In this document: in pieces, positions 30,556-41,392 of the stretch | Numbering within the stretch: the stretch's first letter is position 1 | How the letters are laid out: the number at the start of each line of letters is the position of its first letter | NCBI GenBank assembly: GCA_049966155.1 | Contig: JBMFVE010000001.1 | Location: forward strand, 722,169 to 786,168 | Direction: 5' to 3' | DNA from: Candidatus Kryptoniota bacterium | Lineage (GTDB): Bacteria; Bacteroidota; Ignavibacteria; Kryptoniales; JAKASW01 | Length of the DNA: 64,000 bases | Translations under genes and position numbers: made by a program | The notes under the pieces: generated by a model | The model's input: the letters and a program-made list of their open reading frames with translations, nothing else | What the model was told of the DNA's origin: nothing | The model's database searches: none

Positions 30556-33258
30556 ATGATAGAAGAAAATCAAAGACTGCCACACGGATTTGCTACACTG
30601 AAATCAAGAATACACATATTTCCAATGCGAAATAAACACGACAATAAGAATTCACGTCAGGAAATTTCTACAGCAGCCGGAAAGCAAAATATCCGAAGCG
30701 CATATGCCGAACGACTTTTTAGTGCGAGCAAAATGACATCGGAAGAAATTTTCACATTTGTTCAAACGAGAAGCACCGGTCTTACTGCTGAGGAAGTTGC
30801 GGAAAGACTTGAAAAATTTGGCATGAACGAAGTTGCACAGGAAAAAAAGCATGGTGCATTGGAAAGATTCATTGATTCAATAAGAAATCCCCTTGTCATT
30901 TTACTGACTGCACTCGCTGTTGTAGCATTTCTAACAGAAGATATACGATCAAGCGTTGTCATGATGTCCATGGTTTTGATGGGAGTCGTCTTGAGATTTG
31001 TTCAGGAGTCACGTGCGGATAAGGCGGCTGCTGAATTAAAAGCAATGATAAGCGTTACGGCAACCGTATTACGCGATGGAAATGAGATTGAGGTTCCCCT
31101 CAAAGAGATTGTCCCGGGAGACATTGTTAAACTCGCTGCCGGCGATATGATTCCAGCTGATGTTAGAATTGTTTCATCAAAGGACTTATTCATCATTCAG
31201 GCATCTCTCACAGGTGAATCAATGCCAGTTGAGAAATTTGATGCTCCAGAGACCCGAGATGACAAATCCTTGCTTGAGCTTTCGAACATGTGTTACCTCG
31301 GTACGAGCGTCGAAAGCGGCAGTGCAATTGGAGTTGTGGTAAATACTGGTTCCAGTACTTATTTCGGCCAAATGGCAAAGGCTATAACAACGCGTCCAAT
31401 TGAAACAAGTTTTGACAAGGGTGTCAACAAATTCACAATCCTTATGATCCAGTTTATCTTCGTTATGGTTCCGACTGTCTTTCTTATTAACGGACTAACA
31501 AAACATAACTGGGTTGAGGCTTTCTTCTTCGCCCTTTCGGTCGCTGTTGGGCTAACCCCCGAGATGCTTCCAATGATTGTATCTGTTTGCCTTTCAAAGG
31601 GAGCAATGTTGATGTCACGGAAAAAAGTGATAGTTAAAAGATTGAACGCCATTCAGAACTTCGGGGCAATGGATGTACTTTGTACAGATAAGACCGGAAC
31701 CTTAACAATGGATCATGTGATTCTCGATCAGTACTGTGATGTTGTGCAAAAGGAAGATGAAGAAGTTTTAAGAGACGCATATTTAATAAGTCATTTTCAA
31801 ACCGGTTTAAGAAATGTCCTAGATCGTGCTGTTCTGCAACACCGCGAGGTCCAAAAATTTGTGCCCCTTCAGGATTACGTGAAAGTTGATGAAATACCGT
31901 TTGATTTTTCTCGTCGACTTATGTCTGTAGTTGTACAGTCGGCTTCCGGCGAATTGCGACTTCTTACAAAAGGGGCACCAGAAGAAATCTTTTCGCGATG
32001 CACATCCTTCGAACTTGAAGGTGACGTTTTACCGATGGATCCGATACTTATTCAGGACCTGAAAGAAGAATACGAACGACTGAGTGCAGACGGATTTAGA
32101 GTTCTTGCCCTTGCATACAAAAATGTTGAAAAGAAGATGGCATACTCAAAAGACGAGGAGTATGACATGGTCTTAAAAGGTTATTTGGCTTTTTTAGATC
32201 CGCCAAAAGAAACCGCAGCGCCGGCAATTTCTGCTCTAATACAGCACGGTATTGCAGTAAAAGTTTTAACCGGCGACAACGATCTAGTAGCTAAAAAAGT
32301 TTGTCATGAAGTTGGACTTTCAACTGACAACACCCTTACGGGCAGTCAAATTGAGAACATGAGCGATGAAGAACTCAGCGAGGCAGCTGAAAAGACAACG
32401 CTTTTTGCCCGCCTCTCTCCCACGCACAAAAAGAGAATAATCGATGTGCTCAGGCAGAAAAAACATGTCGTCGGGTTTATGGGCGATGGCATCAATGATG
32501 CACCCGCGCTCCGCGCAGCTGATGTCGGGATATCTGTCGACACGGCGGTGGATATTGCAAAAGAATCTGCAGACATCATTCTTTTAGAAAAGAGCCTGAT
32601 GGTTCTTGAGGAAGGAGTTATGGAAGGGAGAAAAGTTTTCAACAACATTCTCAAGTATATAAGAATGGGTGCAAGTTCAAATTTTGGCAATATGTTTAGC
32701 GTCCTTGGTGCAAGTGCCTTTCTTCCATTCTTACCAATGGCGCCAATTCAAGTCCTAACGAACAATTTTCTTTATGATCTCTCACAAATCCCGATTCCAA
32801 CTGACAGTGTTGATAATGAGCTGATTGCGAAGCCACGTCCATGGTCAATAGATGAAATAAGGAAATTCATAATCTTTATAGGTCCAATAAGTTCAATATT
32901 CGACTATACGACGTATTTTGTGATGCTTTACATTTTTAATTGTTGGGATCCGTCCAGATCTTCACTTTTCCAGACAGGATGGTTTGTTGAATCGTTGATG
33001 ACACAAACGATGATCATACATGTCATACGAACAAACAAAATTCCGTTCATTCAAAGTAGACCAAGTATTCCACTGATGGTAACAACAGGATTGATAATGG
33101 CTCTGGGGATCTGGTTGCCCTTTTCCCCGCTGGCGCCATCTTTAGGACTGGTAACACTACCTCCCTTGTACTGGCCTATTTTAGTTGTCACTCTTCTCTC
33201 ATACGTTGTTTTGACGCAGTTTGTAAAGACCTGGCTTTTAAAACGCCATTGGATTTGA
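30556..33258 (+). CDS. mgtA: Magnesium-translocating P-type ATPase
   Basis: TGES, AVGLTPEMLP, DKTGTLT, GDGINDAP, ASSNFGN, FQTGWFVESL. Start ATG 30556 after GGAGG (track 30526). Confidence 0.95.
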   Translation: MIEENQRLPHGFATLKSRIHIFPMRNKHDNKNSRQEISTAAGKQNIRSAYAERLFSASKMTSEEIFTFVQTRSTGLTAEEVAERLEKFGMNEVAQEKKHGALERFIDSIRNPLVILLTALAVVAFLTEDIRSSVVMMSMVLMGVVLRFVQESRADKAAAELKAMISVTATVLRDGNEIEVPLKEIVPGDIVKLAAGDMIPADVRIVSSKDLFIIQASLTGESMPVEKFDAPETRDDKSLLELSNMCYLGTSVESGSAIGVVVNTGSSTYFGQMAKAITTRPIETSFDKGVNKFTILMIQFIFVMVPTVFLINGLTKHNWVEAFFFALSVAVGLTPEMLPMIVSVCLSKGAMLMSRKKVIVKRLNAIQNFGAMDVLCTDKTGTLTMDHVILDQYCDVVQKEDEEVLRDAYLISHFQTGLRNVLDRAVLQHREVQKFVPLQDYVKVDEIPFDFSRRLMSVVVQSASGELRLLTKGAPEEIFSRCTSFELEGDVLPMDPILIQDLKEEYERLSADGFRVLALAYKNVEKKMAYSKDEEYDMVLKGYLAFLDPPKETAAPAISALIQHGIAVKVLTGDNDLVAKKVCHEVGLSTDNTLTGSQIENMSDEELSEAAEKTTLFARLSPTHKKRIIDVLRQKKHVVGFMGDGINDAPALRAADVGISVDTAVDIAKESADIILLEKSLMVLEEGVMEGRKVFNNILKYIRMGASSNFGNMFSVLGASAFLPFLPMAPIQVLTNNFLYDLSQIPIPTDSVDNELIAKPRPWSIDEIRKFIIFIGPISSIFDYTTYFVMLYIFNCWDPSRSSLFQTGWFVESLMTQTMIIHVIRTNKIPFIQSRPSIPLMVTTGLIMALGIWLPFSPLAPSLGLVTLPPLYWPILVVTLLSYVVLTQFVKTWLLKRHWI

Positions 33259-33568
33259 GATTGATAATGGCAAACATAACTTTGCTTGGTGCAAATGGTA
33301 TCCAATTACCTTTTTCAACCATACCTTTGACGGCAGTTCAGCAACAGGAAATGCTGGATTTTTCCTGCTGATCATGAATTTGTGGCACTTGTGACTTGAA
33401 ATAAACCCTGGAAAATCGGTACCAACATTCCCGTTGCACGATATCACCACTTCCACTTGAAACATCGGGAGGTATTTGGTTAACTTAATATAGGTCTTAA
33501 ACAATTACATTAGGAAATGTGAACCTTATCATTTTACAGCATGTTTTCTGCTTTTCGCTCCGTTAAAT

Positions 33569-34417
33569 ATGAATTCCCCACTTGTTTATATCATTATTTT
33601 AAATTGGAACGGCAAGGATTATACCGCCTCATGTCTGGATTCAATAAGTAAGGTCAACTATCCTCGATTTGTCACAGTGGTTGTGGACAATGGTTCTTCA
33701 GATGGTAGTGTGGAGTACATATCCAGAAGTTTCCCATGGGTAAAGGTGGTCGCTAATACGAACAACCTCAGATTTGCCGGAGGAAACAACATCGGTATTG
33801 ACTTAGCTATTGCAAATAACGCAGACTACGTTTTGCTCCTGAATAACGATACCGTTGTTCACCAGGATTTCCTAGCCAGGCTTGTATATGAGTCAGAAAA
33901 GAATTCGTTGATTGGTATGGCAGGTCCGAAGATTTACTATTACAATGATCCCAGGAGGATTTGGTTCGCCGGCGGAGGAATCGATTGGGGATCCGGATGG
34001 ACATACCATAAAGGAATAAGGGAAACAGATAGAGGCCAGTATAACAGTCTCACAGAGGTAGATTACCTGACCGGCTGCTGCCTCCTTGCAAAGCGTGCCG
34101 TTATCGAAAAAATTGGAAAGCTTGACGAAAGTTACTTCATGTATGGGGAAGATGTAGATTGGTGTATCAGGGCATCCCGAGCAGGTTTCAAGCTGGTGTA
34201 TGTCCCCTCGTCAATTATCTGGCATAAGGTTTCAGCCAGTTCCGGCGGTAACCTTTCCTGGTTCAAGAACTGGAACAAGTTGAAGAGCCAGGTTAAGTTA
34301 ATGCGCAGATATGCAAAATGGCATCACTGGATTACAATACCGTTTGGACTTAGCGGTAGGATCCTTTTTTCAATCATGAAGTCAAGAATTAAAAATAGAA
34401 AACTTAACAAGATATAA
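33569..34417 (+). CDS. Glycosyltransferase family 2
   Basis: IILNWNG, VVDNGSSDGS, LLLNND, YGEDVDWC. Confidence 0.92.
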   Translation: MNSPLVYIIILNWNGKDYTASCLDSISKVNYPRFVTVVVDNGSSDGSVEYISRSFPWVKVVANTNNLRFAGGNNIGIDLAIANNADYVLLLNNDTVVHQDFLARLVYESEKNSLIGMAGPKIYYYNDPRRIWFAGGGIDWGSGWTYHKGIRETDRGQYNSLTEVDYLTGCCLLAKRAVIEKIGKLDESYFMYGEDVDWCIRASRAGFKLVYVPSSIIWHKVSASSGGNLSWFKNWNKLKSQVKLMRRYAKWHHWITIPFGLSGRILFSIMKSRIKNRKLNKI

Positions 34418-34513
34418 TTAAGAGAATTATTTCAAAGAGAGATGATCAGCGAGATACCAATTTTCTCCGTATATTATAGCTAAGGAAATTCTGAGGGCTT
34501 AATCACTTAAAAA

Positions 34514-35971
34514 TTGCCATCTCAAGCAAAAAAAATAACCTTCGACACGGCGGCGCTTTTCACGGCAAAAGTTCTAAGCCTCTTGCTGGGAATTGTGCGT
34601 TTGAAGTACATAGCTATTTACCTTGGAGTAAGCACGTTTGGAATATACACGTTTGCGACATACTTCGTTGCAATGTTCGGAATCTTGTTTGACCTTGGAA
34701 TTTCACAGATCATGACGAGAGATATCGCAGCAGACCGTTCTAGATCCAGAGATTACGTTTTCAACGGTTTACTTTTAAAACTACTCCTGTTCATCCTTAC
34801 GTCGCTGATCATAACGGTTGTCATCGTAATGTCCCACTTCGACAAAATTACCAATCAGGCTATAGTTTTTAGTGTTTTCATAACAGGCATCAATTCTTTC
34901 ACTTTGATATTCACAAGCACGTTTCAAGCGCACAGAAGAATGAAGCTGGTGTCACTAATTACAGTGGCAACAGACTTAACAACGTCTGTTGCCATTATAT
35001 TTTTGCTTTTGCGGGGATACGGGTTGCCTGGGCTCCTCATGGGAAGTACTGTAGCAAGTCTCACCATATTCCTGAGTGCCTTAATTGTATGTCAAAAAAT
35101 TTGTGGCGGTGTTCGGACTGAGCCAAATCCGAAACTGTGGCGGTACCTTGTTGTTGAGGGTTATCCTGCTGCTCTTGGTTCTCTTGGTTTTGTGTTGTAC
35201 ATGTACTTAACCTCTTCCCTCTTAAAATACCTAAGGGGAGACGAAATTGCAGGTTTTTATAATGCAGCCTTCAAGATCATAACAATACTGACTATTGTCC
35301 CGGTTAGTTTCACCCCTGTTATTTATCCCTTTTTTGCAGAACTCCACCACTCGGACAAGAACAAGCTTAAGGCAGTTCTCACCTCGTCGGTTAGATATAT
35401 GCTTATAATTTCGATCCCCTTATGCTTTGGAACAATTCTAGTTGCAAAAAAAATTATCATCTCTCTTTACACGCAAGCTTTCCTACCTGCTGCTATACCT
35501 TTGCAAATACTGATTGTTTCTAGCATGTTTGGATACCCAAACTACGTACTTTATACTTTCCTTCCCGCGATTGGTAAACAGCGGTTCACCATGTTTGTTA
35601 CAATTCCTTTCGGTGTTATTATTGCAGTTCTTAACTACATTTTGATCCCGATATATGGGTATTTGGTGCCAAGTATTTCACTAGCAGTGGTAGAGATCAT
35701 GGTATTTCTAAGTGCTTTCCTTTACCTGCGCAGAATAGGAATATCTTTAAACTTACTTAACTTATTTTACAAACCTGTTACCGCATCAGTTCTGATGGCT
35801 CTTCCTGTTTACATGCTTTCAGCCTACAATATCTTTTTCCAGATTGGCACAGGTATTATTGTGTATTTCGTGGCATTCTATCTTTTAAGAGGGATAATGC
35901 CCGAAGATAAATTGATCCTGTATAAGATCATCCCGTCGCCAATAAGGGAACTGATGATAAAAAACCTGTAA
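34514..35971 (+). CDS. Wzx-type oligosaccharide flippase
   Basis: About 14 TM helices; LFDLGI, AGFYNAA. Confidence 0.88.
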   Translation: MPSQAKKITFDTAALFTAKVLSLLLGIVRLKYIAIYLGVSTFGIYTFATYFVAMFGILFDLGISQIMTRDIAADRSRSRDYVFNGLLLKLLLFILTSLIITVVIVMSHFDKITNQAIVFSVFITGINSFTLIFTSTFQAHRRMKLVSLITVATDLTTSVAIIFLLLRGYGLPGLLMGSTVASLTIFLSALIVCQKICGGVRTEPNPKLWRYLVVEGYPAALGSLGFVLYMYLTSSLLKYLRGDEIAGFYNAAFKIITILTIVPVSFTPVIYPFFAELHHSDKNKLKAVLTSSVRYMLIISIPLCFGTILVAKKIIISLYTQAFLPAAIPLQILIVSSMFGYPNYVLYTFLPAIGKQRFTMFVTIPFGVIIAVLNYILIPIYGYLVPSISLAVVEIMVFLSAFLYLRRIGISLNLLNLFYKPVTASVLMALPVYMLSAYNIFFQIGTGIIVYFVAFYLLRGIMPEDKLILYKIIPSPIRELMIKNL

Positions 35972-35980
35972 AAGTAAAAG

Positions 35981-37174
35981 ATGAAACCAAGAATTGCCAT
36001 AGTAAGAGGACCGTTTCTTTCTGTTGAAGAAATTAAATTATACGAACCACTCACTGATGATTTCGACATAACTTTCGTTTCCAGTAATGCTGGAACACAA
36101 GGCAAAGTTAATAACATCAAAATAATGCAAGCCAGTTGCTTAAGTTGTATCCTTGATTACGCATGCTTTGGAAACGCCTTCCGTAAGATTGCAGGGATTG
36201 TTAATAACATAGCAGGCGTTGATCCAGAAATGATTTTGCACCTAAAAAAAATATTACGCGGGTTTGACCTTGTGCACACAATCGACTACGATTTCCTGAT
36301 AACATATCAAATAGCACGGATCAAGAGGCAAAACGAATATAAGCTCATTGCCACTCATTGGGAAAATATTCCATTTGCTCGAGACAATAAACCTATTGCC
36401 CGCAAAATGAAGTATTATGTTTATTCCAATGTAGATGCATTCTTTGCTATGAGCGAACGAGCAAAGGATTCGCTAATTCTGGAAGGTGTGGATGAACCGA
36501 AAATATTCGTAACTGGTTATGGAGTGGATACCGAGCGCTTCAGACCACGCGATGGTGAACGACTCGAATGGCGCAAACGGTACAACATAAATCAGGATGA
36601 CGTCGTCATTTTGTTTGTGGGGCGTATCAGACAATCAAAGGGAGTGCTCGAATTAATCTACGCTGCAAAGAAGCTAGTGCAGGATCCCGAAATTAATCAG
36701 GAGAAACTTAAAGTTGTTATTGCTGGGAAAGGTCCAATGGAAAAAGAGCTTGATAACAGAATAAAATTGCTCGGCCTTGAAAAAAATGTTATGAGAATTG
36801 GCTACATCCCTCACACAGATATTCACCTGGTTCACAACATGGCCGATATATTTGCTTTACCAAGCATACCGCGTAAGTACTGGCAGGAACAGCTTGGACT
36901 TGTGCTTCTGGAAGCCATGGCATGCGGAAAGCCTGTTGTCTCAACATTGTCAGGTTCGATTCCGGAGGTCATTGGAAATGCAGGGATACTGGTGCAGCCG
37001 AATGATCACATAGCGCTATATGAAGCATTAAAGAAAATCATAAACGATTCCAGCTGCAGAGAGTCTTTAGGACAACTTGGCAGGGAACGAGTGCTCAATA
37101 ACTTCACTGTCGGGAAAATTTCACAGAAAATGAGAAACGGACTACACCAAATTATAGGGACAGGTCGTGTTTGA
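35981..37174 (+). CDS. Glycosyltransferase family 4
   Basis: GVDTERF, FVGRI..KG, EQLGLVLLEAMACGKPVV. Confidence 0.92.
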   Translation: MKPRIAIVRGPFLSVEEIKLYEPLTDDFDITFVSSNAGTQGKVNNIKIMQASCLSCILDYACFGNAFRKIAGIVNNIAGVDPEMILHLKKILRGFDLVHTIDYDFLITYQIARIKRQNEYKLIATHWENIPFARDNKPIARKMKYYVYSNVDAFFAMSERAKDSLILEGVDEPKIFVTGYGVDTERFRPRDGERLEWRKRYNINQDDVVILFVGRIRQSKGVLELIYAAKKLVQDPEINQEKLKVVIAGKGPMEKELDNRIKLLGLEKNVMRIGYIPHTDIHLVHNMADIFALPSIPRKYWQEQLGLVLLEAMACGKPVVSTLSGSIPEVIGNAGILVQPNDHIALYEALKKIINDSSCRESLGQLGRERVLNNFTVGKISQKMRNGLHQIIGTGRV

Positions 37175-37796
37175 AACAGGATATTATAAGAATCAGCGAG
37201 AAGACGTGGCAGCCATTGTAGCGACGTCGGCAGTAACAGTCCTTGACGTCGGCTGTGGTTATGGGTTTCTTGGGTCGTTGTTGAAGAGTCGACGAAATGA
37301 TCGCACAGTTGTAGGAATAGAGAAAAATCATGACGCGGCTGAACATGCCCGTCAAATTCTTAACGATGTTTTTAATATTGACATTGAGACTGATGAGCTT
37401 TCTGAACTTAATTTTCAGTATGACTATATAATATTTGCTGATATTCTCGAACACCTTAGAGATCCACTATCAATTCTGATAAAATTCCGGAAATATTTGA
37501 AGGATGATGGAAAAATTGTATGTAGTATTCCAAATATGAGACACTACACTGTGCTTCTTCGCCTGCTTAAAGCCGGATGGGAGTATGAAGACTATGGACT
37601 GTTTGACCGCACTCACATACGTTTCTTTTCCTTGCGCAGTATGACGAAACTCATTCTTGATGCGGGTTTCTCAATAGAAGTTATAAGGCCAAAGGTTGTA
37701 GCAAGCAAAAAAATGCGGATACTTAATCTCCTATTTTTTGACAAACTCAATGAATTCGTGGCAATGCAGTATATAATCAGAGCAAAGAAGAGGTGA
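37167..37796 (+). CDS. Class I SAM-dependent methyltransferase
   Basis: VLDVGCGYG, ADILEHL.DP, GLFDRTHIRFF. Confidence 0.9.
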   Translation: MFETGYYKNQREDVAAIVATSAVTVLDVGCGYGFLGSLLKSRRNDRTVVGIEKNHDAAEHARQILNDVFNIDIETDELSELNFQYDYIIFADILEHLRDPLSILIKFRKYLKDDGKIVCSIPNMRHYTVLLRLLKAGWEYEDYGLFDRTHIRFFSLRSMTKLILDAGFSIEVIRPKVVASKKMRILNLLFFDKLNEFVAMQYIIRAKKR

Positions 37797-38713
37797 GTAT
37801 CATACTTTCGATCATTCTTGTAAACTATAAGAATGCAGATATTACAGCAGACTGTGTTCGATCAATTGAACAAAGTACATTCCGAGACTTCCAGATAATT
37901 ATTGTCGACAATGAATCTCGTCCTGAAAGCCTCACAAAACTGAAAAATGCATGCCCAAATTCTATCATAATCCCACAGGAAGAAAACGTTGGATTTGCTG
38001 AAGGCAACAACATTGGCATTCGTTATGCCCTGCAGTCTGGGAGTGAGCTGATTCTTCTTTTGAACAACGATACAGTTGTCGACAAAGACATGCTAAGGAA
38101 TTTGATAGAAACGGCGCGAAAAGATTCGCTAATTGGGATTATTGGCGCAAAAATCTTTTATCATGACTCCCCTGATATTTTATGGTTTGCTGGAGGACGG
38201 TTTAATATAAGGAAAGCTGTGAGTGGACATGATGGAATGAATCAAAAAGATAGTGACGAATTCAACTTTGAGAAAGAAACTGACTTCATAACGGGATGCT
38301 GTCTGCTAACCAAGAAGGATGTCGTAGAAAAAATAGGGCTGCTTGACACAAGATTCTTCTTATATTTTGAAGACAGCGACTTTTGTGTGCGCGCAAAAAA
38401 GGCCGGTTACTCAATTATCTACCAACCAAAAGCAGTCCTTTACCATAAGGTATCCAATACTACTGAATGGGACAGTCCAGTATACATATATTTTAATCTC
38501 CGAAATAAAATCCTTTTCGTTCTTAAGCATAATTCGTTGCTTATGCAAGTACTATATCTTCCATACTTTTTATACTTTTATACGCGCCAGTTTGTTAGAC
38601 TTATCTTTAAGCACCACAACCTTAGAGCTGCACGCGCCGCCATGATTGCCGTACTTGACGGTCTTAGAGAATACACAGGAAAATTTGGGGAAGGAAGTTT
38701 ACATAGACTTTGA
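37793..38713 (+). CDS. Glycosyltransferase family 2
   Basis: IIVDNES, GFAEGNN, LLNND, YFEDSDFC. Confidence 0.92.
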   Translation: MSIILSIILVNYKNADITADCVRSIEQSTFRDFQIIIVDNESRPESLTKLKNACPNSIIIPQEENVGFAEGNNIGIRYALQSGSELILLLNNDTVVDKDMLRNLIETARKDSLIGIIGAKIFYHDSPDILWFAGGRFNIRKAVSGHDGMNQKDSDEFNFEKETDFITGCCLLTKKDVVEKIGLLDTRFFLYFEDSDFCVRAKKAGYSIIYQPKAVLYHKVSNTTEWDSPVYIYFNLRNKILFVLKHNSLLMQVLYLPYFLYFYTRQFVRLIFKHHNLRAARAAMIAVLDGLREYTGKFGEGSLHRL

Positions 38714-38841
38714 CCAGAACCGAGGTCAACGGGCAAAGCCCATCCTTATATTGGCGGTCAAATAATGAACTGAAAGGAGCATACTTACGGGTAAAGGCGT
38801 TAGAGATTACTTAAAGCAGGTGGTTTCACTTGTACCCCCCG

Positions 38842-39822
38842 TTAGATGGAACTGGGTCGACGATATAGTAGCTTCAGTCGCCATTTGAATTCCCTCACGC
38901 TCCGCTTCATATGATATATCCAGATGAATATTTGCTTGCCTAAAAGTAAAGATGCAGCCAAAGAAAAGTAACTCTTGATATTCATAGGGTTCGCCCGAAC
39001 AGACAAAAAATAGTAATGTCTACCCTGTGACAGCATTCCCGATGCAGAGTAATTCCCGGCCAGTTGCCCGAGTTTCCGGCTGTACACACGATAATACTTT
39101 CTGCACTTATCCTGATGCTTGGTCAGGACGTAACGCAGTGTCTCAGCATAATCAATGGGGCTCTGTTTTTTCATCGTATTCATTCCGTGAACGTAATACT
39201 TCACCAAGAACTCATCGACTCGGGCAAATGAGTATTCTTTACCAATTCTCATCCACATCTCCCAGTCGTCGGCATATTTCAAATTTGCATCAAATACTCC
39301 AACCCTTTTTAATACATGAATAGGGATAATGACAATGCTCGTAGTGCTTATAAAATCCTCCCTAAGGATACTGACAAAAAAATTGTCCTTGTCAAGATAG
39401 CCAGGGAGTCGATGAGTCCTTAAGACACGCTGCATCCCATCCGCAATAGCAAGATAGTCACAAGCCACCAAGCCGACATTTCCAGGTATATTGTTGAATA
39501 AAATCAGCTGTTTTTCAAGCTTCGCAGGCAGCCACTCATCATCGTGGTCCAAAAAAGCAATATATTCCCCGCTAGCATTCTCTATTCCTTTGTTCTTCGG
39601 TACTGCAGGTCGACCAGAGTTTGGCTCCCAAATATATTTAACTCTTGCGTCTAAATGTGTAAATTTATCAACGACTTCTCTGGTATTGTCAATAGATCCA
39701 TCGTCAACGACAATTAGTTCGAAATCAGTAAATGTTTGCGCTAGAACACTTCTAATTGCCCGGGGCAACAGGTCCGCCCTGTTATATGTTGGAATTATAA
39801 CTGACACCAATGGAGATCGCAT
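38842..39822 (-). CDS. Glycosyltransferase family 2 (opposite orientation)
   Basis: VSVIIPTYNRA, VDDGS, AFLDHDD, DDWEMW. Confidence 0.92.
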   Translation of the reverse strand: MRSPLVSVIIPTYNRADLLPRAIRSVLAQTFTDFELIVVDDGSIDNTREVVDKFTHLDARVKYIWEPNSGRPAVPKNKGIENASGEYIAFLDHDDEWLPAKLEKQLILFNNIPGNVGLVACDYLAIADGMQRVLRTHRLPGYLDKDNFFVSILREDFISTTSIVIIPIHVLKRVGVFDANLKYADDWEMWMRIGKEYSFARVDEFLVKYYVHGMNTMKKQSPIDYAETLRYVLTKHQDKCRKYYRVYSRKLGQLAGNYSASGMLSQGRHYYFLSVRANPMNIKSYFSLAASLLLGKQIFIWIYHMKRSVREFKWRLKLLYRRPSSI

Positions 39823-39992
39823 ATGAAAATTTATGGCTCAATTATAAAAGAATCTACTACCTCAAACTATTCACCACTTACATTTGAGCTTTAAATATTT
39901 GAGAAGATGTGATTAGATTGTCGTTGTTGACTGTGGCTTAGCAGCTATTTATGATTCATCATGAAAGCATCTAAAACTGAGACCAAGCCATC

Positions 39993-41201
39993 ATGACTCA
40001 TCAAGAGATGGAAATTATGAGTTATAAGCACGAAAACATGAAAAAAAACTGTAACACTATCAATATTTACTCTCCCTATTGGAAAACTTTAGGTGGTGGG
40101 GAAAGGTATATGCTCTACTTAGCCTATGCTCTATCCACAATACCGGACACAAGGGTTTCAATAGTAACCGGGTGTGCGGAAATTAAAAAAGAGTATTTGG
40201 CATCCCTCTTTGGCCTCGACCTCTCATCTGTAAACTTTATTGTGATTCGTGAGTCTGCTTCCGAACTGGAAAGATTATCTGAAACTGTTGATATCTTCAT
40301 CGCCCTCTCGAATTTTAAACCAATTAAAGCAAATTCAAAACATTTCATTCAAGCACTTCAGGTGCCCTACCCTCCAATAACTATATCAACGGTACTCAAC
40401 AAGATTGTTAGAGGGCAGTTTAAAGAAGGAGCCAAAGATGTGCTGAGGCTCAGGTTAATCAATAATGCCAAACGGATCGCTACTTTTACCTTGAGTAACT
40501 CTAAATTTACTCACGACGTGCTCCTTGAAAATTTCGGTCTTGAGAGCAAGATTTTGTACCCGCCCGTTGCTGATCACCTCCTTGTCAATGTCAGGAAGGA
40601 GAAAATAATACTTAGCGTCGGACGCTTCTTTAAAGGGCTTTACAATAATAAAAGGTATGATATCCTTTGTGCAGCATATAGGAAAATTGCTCACCAGCTT
40701 CCGGGTTGGGAATATCACATAGTAGGAAGCGCATCTAATGACCATTCTACAGTTAAATACATAGAGACCCTCAAAAAGGAAAACCAGGGCTTTCCTATTT
40801 TTTTTCATATCAATGAGTCGCGAGAAAACCTTCTGCAACTTTACAATCGAGCAACAATTTACTGGCACGGTGCAGGGTATGGTGTGAACGAAAAGAAGTT
40901 TCCCGAACAAACCGAGCATTTCGGAATGTCAGTTGCCGAAGCAATGACAGCGAGATGTATACCGATAGTTGTGGACCGCGGAGGGCTGAAGGAGATTGTG
41001 AACATGGGTGTAAACGGATTTCTCTGGTCTGAAATATCTGACCTGATCGACCAAACCTTATACATTGCAAAAATGGATAGCAGGCAATTAAATGCTTTGC
41101 AAGACAGTTCAAGAAGGATACTCAATCGGTTTGGCGTAGAAACCTTTACGGATGCGGTTAGAGATCTCTTCCTCCCTCTGATTAAAAAATCAGAAAAATG
41201 A
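39993..41201 (+). CDS. Glycosyltransferase family 4
   Basis: GGGERY, ILSVGRF, EHFGMSVAEAM; start codon uncertain. Confidence 0.88.
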   Translation: MTHQEMEIMSYKHENMKKNCNTINIYSPYWKTLGGGERYMLYLAYALSTIPDTRVSIVTGCAEIKKEYLASLFGLDLSSVNFIVIRESASELERLSETVDIFIALSNFKPIKANSKHFIQALQVPYPPITISTVLNKIVRGQFKEGAKDVLRLRLINNAKRIATFTLSNSKFTHDVLLENFGLESKILYPPVADHLLVNVRKEKIILSVGRFFKGLYNNKRYDILCAAYRKIAHQLPGWEYHIVGSASNDHSTVKYIETLKKENQGFPIFFHINESRENLLQLYNRATIYWHGAGYGVNEKKFPEQTEHFGMSVAEAMTARCIPIVVDRGGLKEIVNMGVNGFLWSEISDLIDQTLYIAKMDSRQLNALQDSSRRILNRFGVETFTDAVRDLFLPLIKKSEK

Positions 41202-41224
41202 GCCTGTAAAATACGCAATCTCAC

Positions 41225-41392
41225 ATGATTAATATCAACAAAATTGCCCTTGTAACACCGATTCCTGTATATCCAATTAAAGAGTACGGCTCAATAACAG
41301 ACACAAGCCGGGAAACGCTGATATTCTTCGAACCGAAACAAAAGATGTTCCAGCAGCTCCAGTATGATTGGAAGCATACGCGCACAAACTAA
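41225..41392 (+). pseudogene. Possible glycosyltransferase N-terminal remnant (55 aa)
   Basis: Hand translation MININKIALVTPIPVYPIKEYG... resembles the first beta-strand of GT4 enzymes; runs head-on into the DprE2-like gene. Confidence 0.35.

Noticed and set aside
33238-33504. 88-aa minus-strand ORF between mgtA and GT2
   Set aside because: No recognisable motif or SD, and it overlaps the mgtA end; probably spurious.
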